Program-made: the position numbers and the translations under genes | Virus record (IMG/VR): IMGVR_UViG_2630968832_000009 | Span: 3,088 to 67,087 of that record | Length of the DNA stretch: 64,000 bases | Source of the DNA: a virus | Taxonomy: Duplodnaviria; Caudoviricetes | Reading direction: 5' to 3' (one strand) | Notes under the pieces: model-generated | What the model was told of the DNA's origin: nothing | Database searches by the model: none | Seen by the model: only the letters and a program-made list of their open reading frames with translations | In this document: positions 1 to 9,379 of the stretch, piece after piece | Layout: the number at the start of each line of letters is the position of its first letter | How positions within the stretch are numbered: position 1 is the first letter of the stretch

Positions 1-260
1 TTGAGTGCTTTAACAAGCAGTTCAAGGCATGGTACAAAACCAAACAGGGCTTTTCCTCTTTTTCCTCTGCCAACAACCTCATTTCCATGTTCATCTTTTT
101 CTACAACTTCGTCCGCCCTCACTCCGCCTTGAATGGCCTTACTCCGGCTCAGTGTGCCGGCCTTCAACTATCCAAAAAGCGTAAGCGCGAGCTTCTGCTC
201 GTTGCATAGAGCTTTTTTGTGCTTTCGGGTCCTATTTTTTCATTTTTACTTTACAGTGCC
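1..260 (+). mobile_element. Right end of IS6-family insertion sequence
   Basis: Transposase C-terminus followed by a terminal IR ending ...ACAGTGCC at 260 (reverse complement GGCACTGT, the IS6/IS26-type end). Confidence 0.75.
3..209 (+). CDS. DDE transposase, C-terminal part (5' end outside window)
   Basis: Frame 3 reads ECFNKQFKAWYKTKQGF...FFYNFVRPHSALNGLTPAQ..LLLVA*, a typical integrase-core C-terminus. Confidence 0.8.
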   Translation, partial: ECFNKQFKAWYKTKQGFSSFSSANNLISMFIFFYNFVRPHSALNGLTPAQCAGLQLSKKRKRELLLVA

Positions 261-326
261 GTTTATTGGAATTCTGATCGACCCAAGGATCATCAGTTTT
301 TATGCAATTATATCCGAGTCCACTTT

Positions 327-962
327 TCACGTTCTATTCTCCCAATTACACTTCTGGCCCTCCAATATCTCCATGCCATAGCAGATACTTGAAATCACAC
401 CATCCAGTGCAATCCCCTGTCCTGTATTGCCTCTGCCCCAATACCAATGGCCCCATCCTTCGATCACTACTTCGCCGCGTTCTTTCAGTTTATCGCCAAG
501 CCAGTTTGTTACCGCCCACCATTCATATACTTCTTGAGGTTTTTCATCCAGATATTCGTACTCTTCTTCTGTATACACGTGACCGCAGCTTTGGCACTTA
601 TACAATTTTTCAGTAGAACAACATTCCCGCGCTTCTGCCTCAGTATCATAATACAATCCGCATACAGGGCACATATATGTTCCATCTTCATCTTTCTCTA
701 TTTCAATTTTTTTGTCATCGGGATAAAACTCATCAAACCCATACTGGCTACCGCATTTATCACATTCTTTCACAAAATAGTTACTTACATCTCCTTCGGT
801 GAACGGAGCATCGTAACCGCTTAATTCATTCGCCAATCTCAATATGTATTCGACTTCTGAAGTCATACAACACATAACTTCACGGTTTACAAAATCTTGT
901 TTTATTCGCTGATTTACGCAGGAATCAAAATCGTATTCAACACCATTTACCGTATACGGCAT
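327..962 (-). CDS. Hypothetical phage protein with Zn-ribbon motifs
   Basis: 211 aa, three CxxC pairs, GAGG RBS, co-oriented operon. Confidence 0.7.
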   Translation of the reverse strand: MPYTVNGVEYDFDSCVNQRIKQDFVNREVMCCMTSEVEYILRLANELSGYDAPFTEGDVSNYFVKECDKCGSQYGFDEFYPDDKKIEIEKDEDGTYMCPVCGLYYDTEAEARECCSTEKLYKCQSCGHVYTEEEYEYLDEKPQEVYEWWAVTNWLGDKLKERGEVVIEGWGHWYWGRGNTGQGIALDGVISSICYGMEILEGQKCNWENRT

Positions 963-984
963 ACGAACACCTCATTTTCAAATG

Positions 985-1320
985 TTAATCTATGCTATCG
1001 ACTTCTCCAGTTTCCATCATTTTATGAATTTCAATTAATTGGTTTTTTAAAAAACGAACGCAGCCTGCATACAGCTTGTCCATTTCCTTTTTCGGAAACT
1101 TATTCTTTACCGCTTTTGCGTAATCTTCCCATGGCGAAAAATCACGTTCAAACAAACAACAACTTGTTTTCTCCAGACAAAAATCAAATGTTTGTGCCAA
1201 CACACCATAGCACAACGCAGAATGATCTGCCCGTACACGCGCGGCCCTCGGCAACGCTTTAACTTTGTCACAGCACTCATACAATGCTTTTCTGCTATAG
1301 CATGCTTTTTCAAATTTCAT
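985..1320 (-). CDS. Hypothetical early protein
   Basis: 111-aa ORF packed in operon. Confidence 0.65.
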   Translation of the reverse strand: MKFEKACYSRKALYECCDKVKALPRAARVRADHSALCYGVLAQTFDFCLEKTSCCLFERDFSPWEDYAKAVKNKFPKKEMDKLYAGCVRFLKNQLIEIHKMMETGEVDSID

Positions 1321-1329
1321 ACTGTATCT

Positions 1330-1782
1330 TTAATCCTCCTCGTTTTCTTCTTCCTGTCCAATGGTTTTGCGGATATATGCTGCAGCCATTTCGTACTCAT
1401 TCCATATCTTTCCCGGTACGAGATGTCTGTAAAGAGCTTCTGTTTCAAACAACATCTCAGCAATAAGCTGCCACTCCACGATATAGTTTGGGGATTCTCT
1501 GTCCAACGTGCCATCCGCTTTACGCTCAATAGTTGCCGGTGAAATCTCCTGAACAAAGTCGTCCAGATTTTCGTAGCTATAATAATGAAGGACATCTTCA
1601 ATTTCATCTTCCGAGTAATCGTTAATGTTGATGAATGCGTGGGCAACTGCAAACATATCAAGAACCCCACACACCTGCCACAGCTCAAAAACATTTCCTT
1701 TGAATTCGTCAAGATTACGCACATATTGTGCACAGTCATCATCAGTAAGAATCCATTTTGAAGATCTTATTTGTAAACTCAT
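1330..1782 (-). CDS. Hypothetical acidic early protein
   Basis: 150 aa, AAGGAG RBS. Confidence 0.7.
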   Translation of the reverse strand: MSLQIRSSKWILTDDDCAQYVRNLDEFKGNVFELWQVCGVLDMFAVAHAFININDYSEDEIEDVLHYYSYENLDDFVQEISPATIERKADGTLDRESPNYIVEWQLIAEMLFETEALYRHLVPGKIWNEYEMAAAYIRKTIGQEEENEED

Positions 1783-1824
1783 ATTGAATTTCTCCTTGTA
1801 TTAGATAACTGATAGTTGCTGCCA

Positions 1825-1852
1825 TTTCTGCCCTCGTGACCTCTGGGGCGGG
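1825..1852 (-). repeat. Intergenic GC-rich hairpin motif X, copy 1
   Basis: CCCGCCCCAGAGGTCACGAGGGCAGAAA, near-identical to 2339-2366. Confidence 0.8.
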
Positions 1853-1863
1853 CTGTTGGTTAT

Positions 1864-2094
1864 TTAGCGGGTGGGGTTGCGCTCCATAAATTTTCTTACG
1901 AATTCAAAGCACTTTTCCAAATTAGGGCTGCTATATATTGAATCCAGCCCGCCCGGAACTAATTCAAATTCCACTGAATAATTCCAATGAAAAATATCTC
2001 TAGCATCTATTACTTGCAAAAATTCTCCGCCATTAGTTTCCCATGCTTTAATCGTGCGTCTGCTCATATACGGATGATTTCTAATCACGTTCAT
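1864..2094 (-). CDS. Small hypothetical protein
   Basis: 76 aa, directly behind motif Y. Confidence 0.65.
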   Translation of the reverse strand: MNVIRNHPYMSRRTIKAWETNGGEFLQVIDARDIFHWNYSVEFELVPGGLDSIYSSPNLEKCFEFVRKFMERNPTR

Positions 2095-2134
2095 TTTCTT
2101 TTCTCTTTCTCCCCGTATGCCCGATAGGCCAGGC
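2088..2134 (-). repeat. Intergenic motif Y (hairpin + RBS + start codon), copy 1
   Basis: CCTATCGGGCATACGGGGAGAAAGAGAAAAGAAAATGAACG, near-identical to 2503-2551. Confidence 0.8.
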
Positions 2135-2142
2135 GCATTTTG

Positions 2143-2328
2143 TTACGCAAGCGGAAGCGTATCTACAACGGCTTTAAGCTGTTCCAACTGGCTACTAAGC
2201 CGCTCTATCTGATCGAGGTCTGCGGTAACATCGTACTTATCCTGCATACCCAACAGCTCATTTGTGAGTTGGCTCAGTTGCTTGGCGTAAACGTCCAAAT
2301 AATTGATATGGATTTTGATATTTTCCAT
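2143..2328 (-). CDS. Small coiled-coil hypothetical protein
   Basis: 61 aa from ATG 2328 (MENIKIHINY...), behind motif X. Confidence 0.6.
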   Translation of the reverse strand: MENIKIHINYLDVYAKQLSQLTNELLGMQDKYDVTADLDQIERLSSQLEQLKAVVDTLPLA

Positions 2329-2338
2329 CGTAAAACCC

Positions 2339-2366
2339 TTTCTGCCCTCGTTGCCTCCGGGGCGGG
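2339..2366 (-). repeat. Intergenic motif X, copy 2
   Basis: CCCGCCCCGGAGGCAACGAGGGCAGAAA. Confidence 0.8.
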
Positions 2367-2371
2367 TGTTA

Positions 2372-2509
2372 TTAACACGGGCTTTCAATGGTATAATCGC
2401 CTTCTCCAAACATTTCATCGCCGTATTCTTTCGCTTCTACATAGCTTTCAAAATCCTGCGGCATTTCATCAAGGTCATTCGGGAATACTGTACAAAACCA
2501 TTCGTTCAT
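2372..2509 (-). CDS. Small acidic hypothetical protein
   Basis: 45 aa MNEWFCTVFPND..., behind motif Y. Confidence 0.6.
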   Translation of the reverse strand: MNEWFCTVFPNDLDEMPQDFESYVEAKEYGDEMFGEGDYTIESPC

Positions 2510-2551
2510 TTTCTTTTCTCTCTTTCTCCCCGTCCGGCCGGTAGGACAGCC
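2503..2551 (-). repeat. Intergenic motif Y, copy 2
   Basis: GCTGTCCTACCGGCCGGACGGGGAGAAAGAGAGAAAAGAAAATGAACG. Confidence 0.8.
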
Positions 2552-2654
2552 TGGTTGATTTAAGCTTTCGTACCTACGCATTCTCTTTCACATAAGTAAC
2601 GATATCTTGGGAAATCGGTGCATACGTTCTAAAAGCTCTCTTTCCGGAAGCCTT

Positions 2655-3086
2655 TCATTTACACTGATCCATTTGTTCATTTTGTACACGAGTCCTCCAT
2701 TGCTTTGTCAAATATACACGTTTCAGCTCAACATCACCATCGATACAAGATAGCCGCCAAAACTGGATATACTCTTCGATTCCACATCCGTCATAAACGA
2801 AATTATCAAACTCGATTCCATCTAATTCGTTTCTGTGAAACGATATATCATGCAGACATGTACCATCTTCCCGCAGACAGAGAAGCCATGCATGATTCTT
2901 TCCGCTCTCAACGACGCGATTTAATGTATCAATGTCGTAGAAAATATCTCCTGCGTAGATTTCTGTAATTTTCGCTGCAAGCCTTACCATACGGTCAGAA
3001 ATATTCGAAATATTGCCAGTATCTGACCGCACAACAAATCGCGGATCATCGTCGTACGAGGAATAATTTCTGATTTCGTATTCCAT
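2655..3086 (-). CDS. Hypothetical protein
   Basis: 143 aa, abuts upstream gene. Confidence 0.7.
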   Translation of the reverse strand: MEYEIRNYSSYDDDPRFVVRSDTGNISNISDRMVRLAAKITEIYAGDIFYDIDTLNRVVESGKNHAWLLCLREDGTCLHDISFHRNELDGIEFDNFVYDGCGIEEYIQFWRLSCIDGDVELKRVYLTKQWRTRVQNEQMDQCK

Positions 3087-3983
3087 TCATGCCACCTCTT
3101 CCATTTCTGGCCAGTGCTCGGTCATGCCATTTTCTGTCACATCACTACCATAGAATCCGCCGCAGCTATCGATTTCTTCCCAGAAAATATCTGCATAAAG
3201 GGCCTCTTGTGGGCTAACTTCCTCGCCGGCCACTGTGCCTCCCAGAAATTTTTCAAGACGATACCAATACACATCACCATGAATATATTGATTATAAATA
3301 TCTACTTCTCCCCGAAGCACGCTCATAGCCGTTTCGAGATTCTTTTTATTGAATGCTCCGTACTCTTTTTCAATATCCTCTTTGGTAACATAGATAAAAC
3401 CAACTTGACCAGAATCCCATGAATCGCAAAAACTGCCAGTGCTCATCGTAATTCCCGAATGGTCATAGAGATACAAAGGCAGATAGAAAACTTTGTCCTT
3501 GAGAAGCCTCTTACAATCTTCAAAACCAAGATCTTCTATGATGTCATCCTCAACGTACCAACCACCTGAGCGAAGGTCTTCAATGTCACCTGTGTCATAT
3601 GTCTTATCAATGCACCATGACGCTTTTTGCTTATCCCCCAAGAAAGAAATATATCCCCAATAACAAAGCTCATAGCTTTCTTCGCCATCTTCATCAATCT
3701 CTTTCTGAAGCCTAACGCTCCCATCTCCGGATAGCGCATAAGCGAAAAGCGTATTTCTGTCAATATGCTCACGCACCATATCATGCCAGAAATCAATAGG
3801 TTCACTGTAATCGTGTTTGTCTCCGAGATTATATCTTCTATTCCAACACAGCATATGACCCAGTGGACTCCAATCGCGCGGCGAGTCAATCCAATCGTCC
3901 TGCCCTATTCGCAGCCTGTAATATGTACCGTCAGAACCTCGCGTCAAAAGGTTCTCGTCGAGATCTATGTATCTAAGGTTCAT
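3087..3983 (-). CDS. Conserved acidic phage/ICE early protein (LYLYDHSG...WDSGQVGFIY motif)
   Basis: 298 aa; motif recurrent in early regions of mobile elements; function unknown. Confidence 0.75.
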   Translation of the reverse strand: MNLRYIDLDENLLTRGSDGTYYRLRIGQDDWIDSPRDWSPLGHMLCWNRRYNLGDKHDYSEPIDFWHDMVREHIDRNTLFAYALSGDGSVRLQKEIDEDGEESYELCYWGYISFLGDKQKASWCIDKTYDTGDIEDLRSGGWYVEDDIIEDLGFEDCKRLLKDKVFYLPLYLYDHSGITMSTGSFCDSWDSGQVGFIYVTKEDIEKEYGAFNKKNLETAMSVLRGEVDIYNQYIHGDVYWYRLEKFLGGTVAGEEVSPQEALYADIFWEEIDSCGGFYGSDVTENGMTEHWPEMEEVA

Positions 3984-4509
3984 TTTTTAGTGCCTCCAAC
4001 TTTATAAATTCTTCGTAGTGAATACCCTTGTAAGACAGCTCAAATCTATCTGGATAACTCCAATCGTCACATTTTAAGTAGCCTTTTCCTTCAAGGAAAC
4101 GTATACACTTATCAAACTCAGCTCGATCGATTCCAATCGACTCCATAACTGGAAGCAAGGCATCGTCTCCAAATACCCATGTCTTACTTGAAGAGTGCTC
4201 AAAGTTATTTAATTTTTCCAAGACTCGAATACTTGTTCTATCAAGCACTTTTTTGTCGACTAAATCGTTTTCGCGTTCCTTTGTATTTGCTAACATAAAG
4301 CCACATTTTTCATGAGACGGGCCTTCGCTATATGCGAATTCTAGCTTTCCAAACTCAAATAATTTTTCAATTGCCTTTGTAACTTCTTCGAATGTAGATC
4401 CAATTGCAAACGCAAGATTACTAATTTCATTACTACAAAATCTAAAGATTCTTGTTTCTGCGTTGTACAATTGCATTTGCGTCAACAGCTTTTTTTCAAT
4501 CATATTCAT
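3973..4509 (-). CDS. Hypothetical protein, probable winged-helix domains
   Basis: 178 aa, C-terminal ...FDKCIRFLEGKGYL...LSYKG pattern; AGGAG RBS. Confidence 0.6.
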   Translation of the reverse strand: MNMIEKKLLTQMQLYNAETRIFRFCSNEISNLAFAIGSTFEEVTKAIEKLFEFGKLEFAYSEGPSHEKCGFMLANTKERENDLVDKKVLDRTSIRVLEKLNNFEHSSSKTWVFGDDALLPVMESIGIDRAEFDKCIRFLEGKGYLKCDDWSYPDRFELSYKGIHYEEFIKLEALKNEP

Positions 4510-4523
4510 GTCGGTCTCCTCCT

Positions 4524-4874
4524 CTACGCCGCATTGCTATGCTTTCCCATATAGTGCATATGCCTGCCATCAAACCGGAACAATTTGTAGAAACCAAACG
4601 GGGCAGCTACTGTTTCCATAAATTTTCTCGCTTCAAATTCAGTAGAAAACTCCACTGTATAAGTCGGATGGCTGACAAAGAAAACGCTTTTTTCTTTTGT
4701 CTCCACTTCTTCATCCTCATGCAGCTCATGTTTTACTGCACCGAGCAATTCATTAATGGTCGGACGCCCTGGAAGATCAAGTACTTCTTCAAGGAAGCTC
4801 TTAATAAAGCGCAATTCATTGTCTAAATACATCTCCGCGACATCATTGATGTCCCCATTAATTCGAATACACAC
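4524..4874 (-). CDS. Hypothetical protein
   Basis: 116 aa, AGGAGG RBS. Confidence 0.65.
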   Translation of the reverse strand: MCIRINGDINDVAEMYLDNELRFIKSFLEEVLDLPGRPTINELLGAVKHELHEDEEVETKEKSVFFVSHPTYTVEFSTEFEARKFMETVAAPFGFYKLFRFDGRHMHYMGKHSNAA

Positions 4875-4899
4875 AGTCGTTTCCTCCTAAAATTCACAT

Positions 4900-5433
4900 T
4901 TAAAAATCAATCGTTCCGATTCGTTCTGGTTTATAAACCTTCTCCCAGTGCCAACCATCATCGTACAAATTAGGTACTTTTGTCCGTTTAAAGTCTCGAA
5001 TGACTGTACTCATTCGTGCTTTACTCAATTCATTGAACACAAACTCAGCAGCGCAACGGATGTTGGATTCACTACAATGCTGTCCCCAAAAGCTATCTAT
5101 AAGCCAACCTTTTTTGGTCTCTTCCAAAGCTGCGTCCATTGAGTATTTCCCGTTTTTAATTGGTGTCTTGATATAGTAAAAAGGAAAGAACGGGTTATCA
5201 TCTACCTGGTAGTAGTAGTACACATCATTTAATACAAAACTAATGTACGAAGTATGTGTGACCTTGATCGGTTCAGTGTCCTTACAATTCCGGTCACTGA
5301 TAAAAGCCTGCCTTGTAGGCTTTACCCTGCCGCCGTGCTCTTTCACCAAACTTGCCAGTGCTGACATCATACGCGCCATGTTATAGTCGCAAGAACGAAG
5401 ATACAGCCGTTGATTTTCTTTTGAAACGATCAT
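4900..5433 (-). CDS. Hypothetical protein
   Basis: ATG 5433 with GGAGG RBS. Confidence 0.7.
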   Translation of the reverse strand: MIVSKENQRLYLRSCDYNMARMMSALASLVKEHGGRVKPTRQAFISDRNCKDTEPIKVTHTSYISFVLNDVYYYYQVDDNPFFPFYYIKTPIKNGKYSMDAALEETKKGWLIDSFWGQHCSESNIRCAAEFVFNELSKARMSTVIRDFKRTKVPNLYDDGWHWEKVYKPERIGTIDF

Positions 5434-5515
5434 ATTTGACCCTCCACTAAATATTTTGTTGATACTCAAACCTGTGATAGGGCTTTTATGCAGATGCCCT
5501 TCAGAACTGCTTTTT

Positions 5516-5737
5516 CTATACTCTTACAAACTCAGATAGATAAAAAATGTCGTCTCCGAGCCTGAAGAATATCTTCCCGGTGTGTCTTTCACGCTTCACA
5601 GGCACTGTCCAAAATCCACGTAAAAAGCCATTTTTTCGATAAGTTACCGTTACTTCCGACAATAGATGCTCACGATTCGTTTTGCAGCCTACGATTGTAA
5701 AAACACGTGTTCCCAGATTTAAAACCATATATATCAA
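5516..5737 (-). CDS. Small hypothetical protein
   Basis: 73 aa, AAGGAG RBS. Confidence 0.55.
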   Translation of the reverse strand: MIYMVLNLGTRVFTIVGCKTNREHLLSEVTVTYRKNGFLRGFWTVPVKRERHTGKIFFRLGDDIFYLSEFVRV

Positions 5738-5828
5738 CTCCTTTGGGGCGTTTTTTCTTTAGCCCGCCTTGTATTGACTAATTATAAGATTGCGATATTT
5801 GCCTGTCAATACTTTTGCCATTATAATG

Positions 5829-6686
5829 TCAAAAGATCAAACCACGTGTGGGCAGCTCCTGTACTTTCCGCTCCCCATATTGAGGCAGTTTATTGATGTA
5901 ATGCTCAATCACACTCGCCATTGCATTGCTGGGTTTACGATCGATATAGCATGCTCTTGCCATGTATTCAAACCGCTTCGGAGAACTTTGCGAAATGATT
6001 TTTACAATTTCTGTTCTAAGTTCATTCGGAGAAATGTCACAACGAGCCGTATAGACATAATTCAATGCCATAATAACCGATCTGCTATATGCTCCAGGCT
6101 CCATATGCCAGTTTGCTTCCCGAATAATTCTAAAGATCCACCGAAGTTCATCAGGCTCATTGTTAGTAATGGCAAGCGCAACACCTATCGCAGTCAACAC
6201 GCCGGCACTGTTCTTTCCACATGCCTTTTTGATCTTGATACCATATTCATCGCAGATATCACGCAAAAGCAACGCAGCCTTGCCACGTTCTTCACCGCTG
6301 GCACACGCCGCAATAAATTTGTCGTATTGCGTTAGTTTGGTTACATTTTCTTCTTGTGTTACAAACAGGTGCGCTTCATCTTCGTCTGTAAGACCTGTGC
6401 GAATATTGCAAAGCACATGTGTCTTACCAACCATAACGGCAGCACGCAAACGGTTGCCGCCGTCCCAAATATTAAAATGATCTCCTCGCTCACTCGCTTC
6501 CAAGTGGCCAGCTTTATTATCATCCCAATTCGATGCAATGTGAGCGACATGACGCCCTTGGTCACGCTGGTAAATTGGACTAAGTTCACACAGGTCAACG
6601 GGGATCAATGCAGTCTTGATACCGTTCCCTTCGGTGTGGGCGTTCATCATGATGGTTTCTACTCGGGCTTTGTTCTGCTTGTTCAT
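5829..6686 (-). CDS. ParB/Srx-like N-terminal domain protein
   Basis: YQR...IASNWD...IWDGGNRLRAA resembles the DGxHR ParB-like motif. Confidence 0.65.
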   Translation of the reverse strand: MNKQNKARVETIMMNAHTEGNGIKTALIPVDLCELSPIYQRDQGRHVAHIASNWDDNKAGHLEASERGDHFNIWDGGNRLRAAVMVGKTHVLCNIRTGLTDEDEAHLFVTQEENVTKLTQYDKFIAACASGEERGKAALLLRDICDEYGIKIKKACGKNSAGVLTAIGVALAITNNEPDELRWIFRIIREANWHMEPGAYSRSVIMALNYVYTARCDISPNELRTEIVKIISQSSPKRFEYMARACYIDRKPSNAMASVIEHYINKLPQYGERKVQELPTRGLIF

Positions 6687-6861
6687 GGTAATTCTCCTTT
6701 AAAATATGTATTTATTATGTATTTTTAATACTTACAGCAAAGCTGCAAGCATTTGCGGCACACAGAGATACAGGAGCATAACAGCTCCTACGATAACGCA
6801 GTTCTTTATAAATCTCTTGCGTTTCATTTTCTTTTATGCTCCTTTGTTCTGATTTTGGGTA

Positions 6862-6898
6862 TAAAAAGAGCGCCCTATCTTGTTAGATAGAGCGCTTT
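6862..6898 (-). terminator. Rho-independent terminator
   Basis: AGCGCTCTATC-loop-GATAGGGCGCT followed by a T tract on the minus strand. Confidence 0.65.
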
Positions 6899-6925
6899 AT
6901 GCGAAATCAAAGTATCAAATATTTA

Positions 6926-7156
6926 TCATTTCAAAAGCAAAATCACAAAAATTATAGCCAAACCAATCATTATAGAGGAAACCACTCTGAATAATGAGAC
7001 AACAGGCGATCCCAATTGCTTTTCCTCGTATTTTTTTGATGACTTTACTTCGTGTTTTCTCATCGGAGCAGATTGATTGATCCTATCAACGCTCTGCTTA
7101 TAGTGTACATAACCGTCAAGACCTGAGCCATAAAACCCAAAATCATTTTTGGACAT
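6926..7156 (-). CDS. Small membrane-anchored protein with N-terminal GxGLDGYVHYKQ motif
   Basis: 76 aa, C-terminal TM helix; N-terminus matches 47130-47300. Confidence 0.75.
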   Translation of the reverse strand: MSKNDFGFYGSGLDGYVHYKQSVDRINQSAPMRKHEVKSSKKYEEKQLGSPVVSLFRVVSSIMIGLAIIFVILLLK

Positions 7157-7286
7157 ACAATCGCCTCTATTCGTACAAACCTACATTTACAATTGAATCA
7201 GTTCGTTCTGTCCATTTTAACAGCGTATTCGTTGCGCTGCGAGTAATTGCCACATCCTCAGCCTTATGTCCTTTGCTCGCTTATTT

Positions 7287-7562
7287 TTATTCAGCCTTGC
7301 GAAGATCTTTGAGTACAGCGGTGTGATTCATCACAACAGTTTCCAGCGTGCGCAGCCTGTCGCGCATGTCGTCGATCTGCGCGGCGCGGTCATTCGCCTT
7401 GTCCAGTTTTTCCGCAATATCAGTATACTGCTCAGCAATAAGGCTGATTTTGTGGTCTTGCTGTTCTACAAGCATGCGAGTGCGACGAACTTCTGTCTCC
7501 AGCTTTTCCTGGCCGGCCTTTAATTCACCCAACATCTGCAAAATCAATTCTTCGTTTTTCAT
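7287..7562 (-). CDS. Coiled-coil hypothetical protein
   Basis: MKNEELILQMLGELKAGQ..., AGGAG RBS. Confidence 0.7.
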   Translation of the reverse strand: MKNEELILQMLGELKAGQEKLETEVRRTRMLVEQQDHKISLIAEQYTDIAEKLDKANDRAAQIDDMRDRLRTLETVVMNHTAVLKDLRKAE

Positions 7563-7850
7563 TTGCTTCACTCTCCTGTGCTTGATATTATACCCCATGG
7601 CGAGAGGGGTTACAATTGGTCATTCTCACAAAGTTTTCCGAGCTACATTCAGTAGCTACAATTGAAGCCTACGATGGATTATGCTTAACAAATCATTTCA
7701 GCCACAAAAACGCATTTGAAATCCTCAAATATCGGGCAAAAATAGCGAAAATCAAAGATTAAAAACGGATTTTACGTTTTTATTATATAGCGCAGTATAA
7801 GACAAGCATTGGTGCACAACTCTTGACGGCTCCATTTCGTCGCCTTGGAT

Positions 7851-7879
7851 CAAAAAACGCCCCGCAAAGCAGAGCGTTC
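7851..7879 (-). repeat. Cassette repeat A (terminator part only)
   Basis: AACGCTCTGC-TTT-GCGGGGCGTT-TTTT, same hairpin as in repeats B and C. Confidence 0.85.
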
Positions 7880-7885
7880 ATTGCG

Positions 7886-8200
7886 TTAATCAAATTGTAG
7901 ACGTGATGCAATATCAGATGAACTATATAGCACACGCAGCACTATCACAGAGCTGTTTTCTATTGTATATATTATAGAGTAATTGTCGACTATCAGCTGC
8001 CTGACAACGTGTAATTGTGGGGCTAAGACAATTTGTTTGCAACGATCCGGTAAGGTCTCAAGGGATCGAATTTTCTCTGCAATCCGATCGTATTGCCGCA
8101 TTGCTGTTTCTGGTTCTTGGAAAGCTTTTGCTATATAATCATAGATTGAATTCATATCATCCAGTGCGAGGCTGGTGATTTCTACATTATACTGCTTCAT
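7886..8200 (-). CDS. parE: RelE/ParE-family toxin
   Basis: YNVEITSLALDDMNSIYDYIA...LETLPDR...RQLIVDNYSIIY...VLRVLY. Confidence 0.9.
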   Translation of the reverse strand: MKQYNVEITSLALDDMNSIYDYIAKAFQEPETAMRQYDRIAEKIRSLETLPDRCKQIVLAPQLHVVRQLIVDNYSIIYTIENSSVIVLRVLYSSSDIASRLQFD

Positions 8201-8502
8201 TTGTGGGTTTTATGAAAAGCTGCAAACGCCGCAGAAGCATTTTGCACTTTTCCTTGCTCCATTTCTTCATAGCCTGCTGTTATTGCCGCGCGAAGTTCCG
8301 AATTTGTCATATTATCTGCATTGATCTCTGCTGGTGCCTTTGGAAGTGTAATTGGGAACGGAATCCCGCCAGTAAGAGAAATTTGTCTCAGATACGCGTC
8401 TACTGCAGTTGCCATAGGAATACCTAGTTGTTTTAAAACATTTTCAGCCTGCTGTTTGACCTGTGGATTTACCCGTAGATTCATTGTAACTGACTTTTCC
8501 AT
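8197..8502 (-). CDS. relB: RelB/DinJ-family antitoxin
   Basis: MNLRVNPQVKQQAENVLKQLGIPMATAVDAYLRQISLTGGIPF; overlaps toxin start. Confidence 0.9.
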   Translation of the reverse strand: MEKSVTMNLRVNPQVKQQAENVLKQLGIPMATAVDAYLRQISLTGGIPFPITLPKAPAEINADNMTNSELRAAITAGYEEMEQGKVQNASAAFAAFHKTHK

Positions 8503-8522
8503 ATCATTCACCTCTCGCCACA

Positions 8523-8551
8523 AGTGTAACGCAAACAGCGTTACAAGTCAA
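8523..8551 (-). promoter_or_regulatory. SigA promoter and operator of relB-parE
   Basis: TTGACT-17-TACACT with dyad TGTAACGC-N5-GCGTTACA across the spacer. Confidence 0.75.
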
Positions 8552-8553
8552 GT

Positions 8554-8632
8554 ATCATCCAAAATATTTTTCACGCGCTGCGCAAAAAAACGCCCCGCAA
8601 AGCAGAGCGTTCTTCGTTATATTCAATTAATT
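8554..8632. repeat. Cassette repeat B (~80 bp)
   Basis: ATCATCCAAAATATTTTTCA..CAAAAAAACGCCCCGCAAAGCAGAGCGTTCTTCGTTATATTCAATT, shared with 9380-9461. Confidence 0.9.
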
Positions 8633-8756
8633 TCACTGGCACTAAACTCTGTAACTGGTTCAACCGTTACCTTCGTTTTTTTGCCTCCAACTCGCCCTTT
8701 TCATAGGCAATAGCTTCTTCTAGACCTAATGCAACTTTATCGAAAACGGTACTCAT
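8623..8756 (-). pseudogene. Truncated HigA-type (HTH-XRE) antitoxin N-terminus
   Basis: MSTVFDKVALGLEEAIAYEKGELEAK/(frameshift)TKVTVEPVTEFSASEI, then cut by repeat B before the HTH. Confidence 0.7.
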
Positions 8757-8768
8757 TAAGAAACCTCT

Positions 8769-9038
8769 CTACTTTTCATAATGCGTCCACATTCTGATGA
8801 TTTTTACTATCTTTTCATCTTCAAAAACTTGGTACACTATCCTATGCTGTCTGTTAATTCGTCTTGAGTACATTCCAAACAAATCACCAACCAATTTTTC
8901 ATATGACGGTGGGGTCTGATAAGGATTATTTCTGATTACCTCAATCAAAGCTTTTGCTTTGGTTGCAAGATTCGCTCTTTGAAGCTTTTGAATATCCTTT
9001 ACTGCATCTTTGGAATATACAATTTTATAACTCACCAA
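8769..9038 (-). CDS. yoeB: Txe/YoeB toxin
   Basis: NPYQTPPSYEKLVGDLFGMYSRRINRQHRIVY...MWTHY. Confidence 0.93.
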   Translation of the reverse strand: MVSYKIVYSKDAVKDIQKLQRANLATKAKALIEVIRNNPYQTPPSYEKLVGDLFGMYSRRINRQHRIVYQVFEDEKIVKIIRMWTHYEK

Positions 9039-9280
9039 ACCACCTCGTCTTCAGGAATACACTCGGACAGAGGCGTGTTCATTCCATCGATCAGCGTTTT
9101 TTTCAACTCTGCGTTTGACGACAATTCAAGCGTTGCCATAATACCATTATACTCTTCTTCACTTAGCAAGATAGCATTGCCGGATTTTGTAGAAATATTT
9201 ATTGGCTCATTGTATTTAATTGTATTCTCAAGCATAGCAAAAACATTTTTCCTGAATTGCGTAATATTTGTATTAAGCAT
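9032..9280 (-). CDS. yefM: Phd/YefM antitoxin
   Basis: NITQFRKNVF...PINISTKSGNAILLSEEEYNGIMATLEL. Confidence 0.92.
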   Translation of the reverse strand: MLNTNITQFRKNVFAMLENTIKYNEPINISTKSGNAILLSEEEYNGIMATLELSSNAELKKTLIDGMNTPLSECIPEDEVVW

Positions 9281-9306
9281 TATAGACACCTCTTTGTCAC
9301 AAAACA

Positions 9307-9356
9307 TGTACATTATCGTGTACATATATTATATGCACTCGCTTACGAAATGTCAA
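9307..9356 (-). promoter_or_regulatory. SigA promoter with YefM-type operators
   Basis: TTGACA-17-TATAAT followed by two TGTACA palindromes (9307-9312, 9319-9324). Confidence 0.85.
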
Positions 9357-9379
9357 CAAGCACTGTGGGTTTTCCAGGC

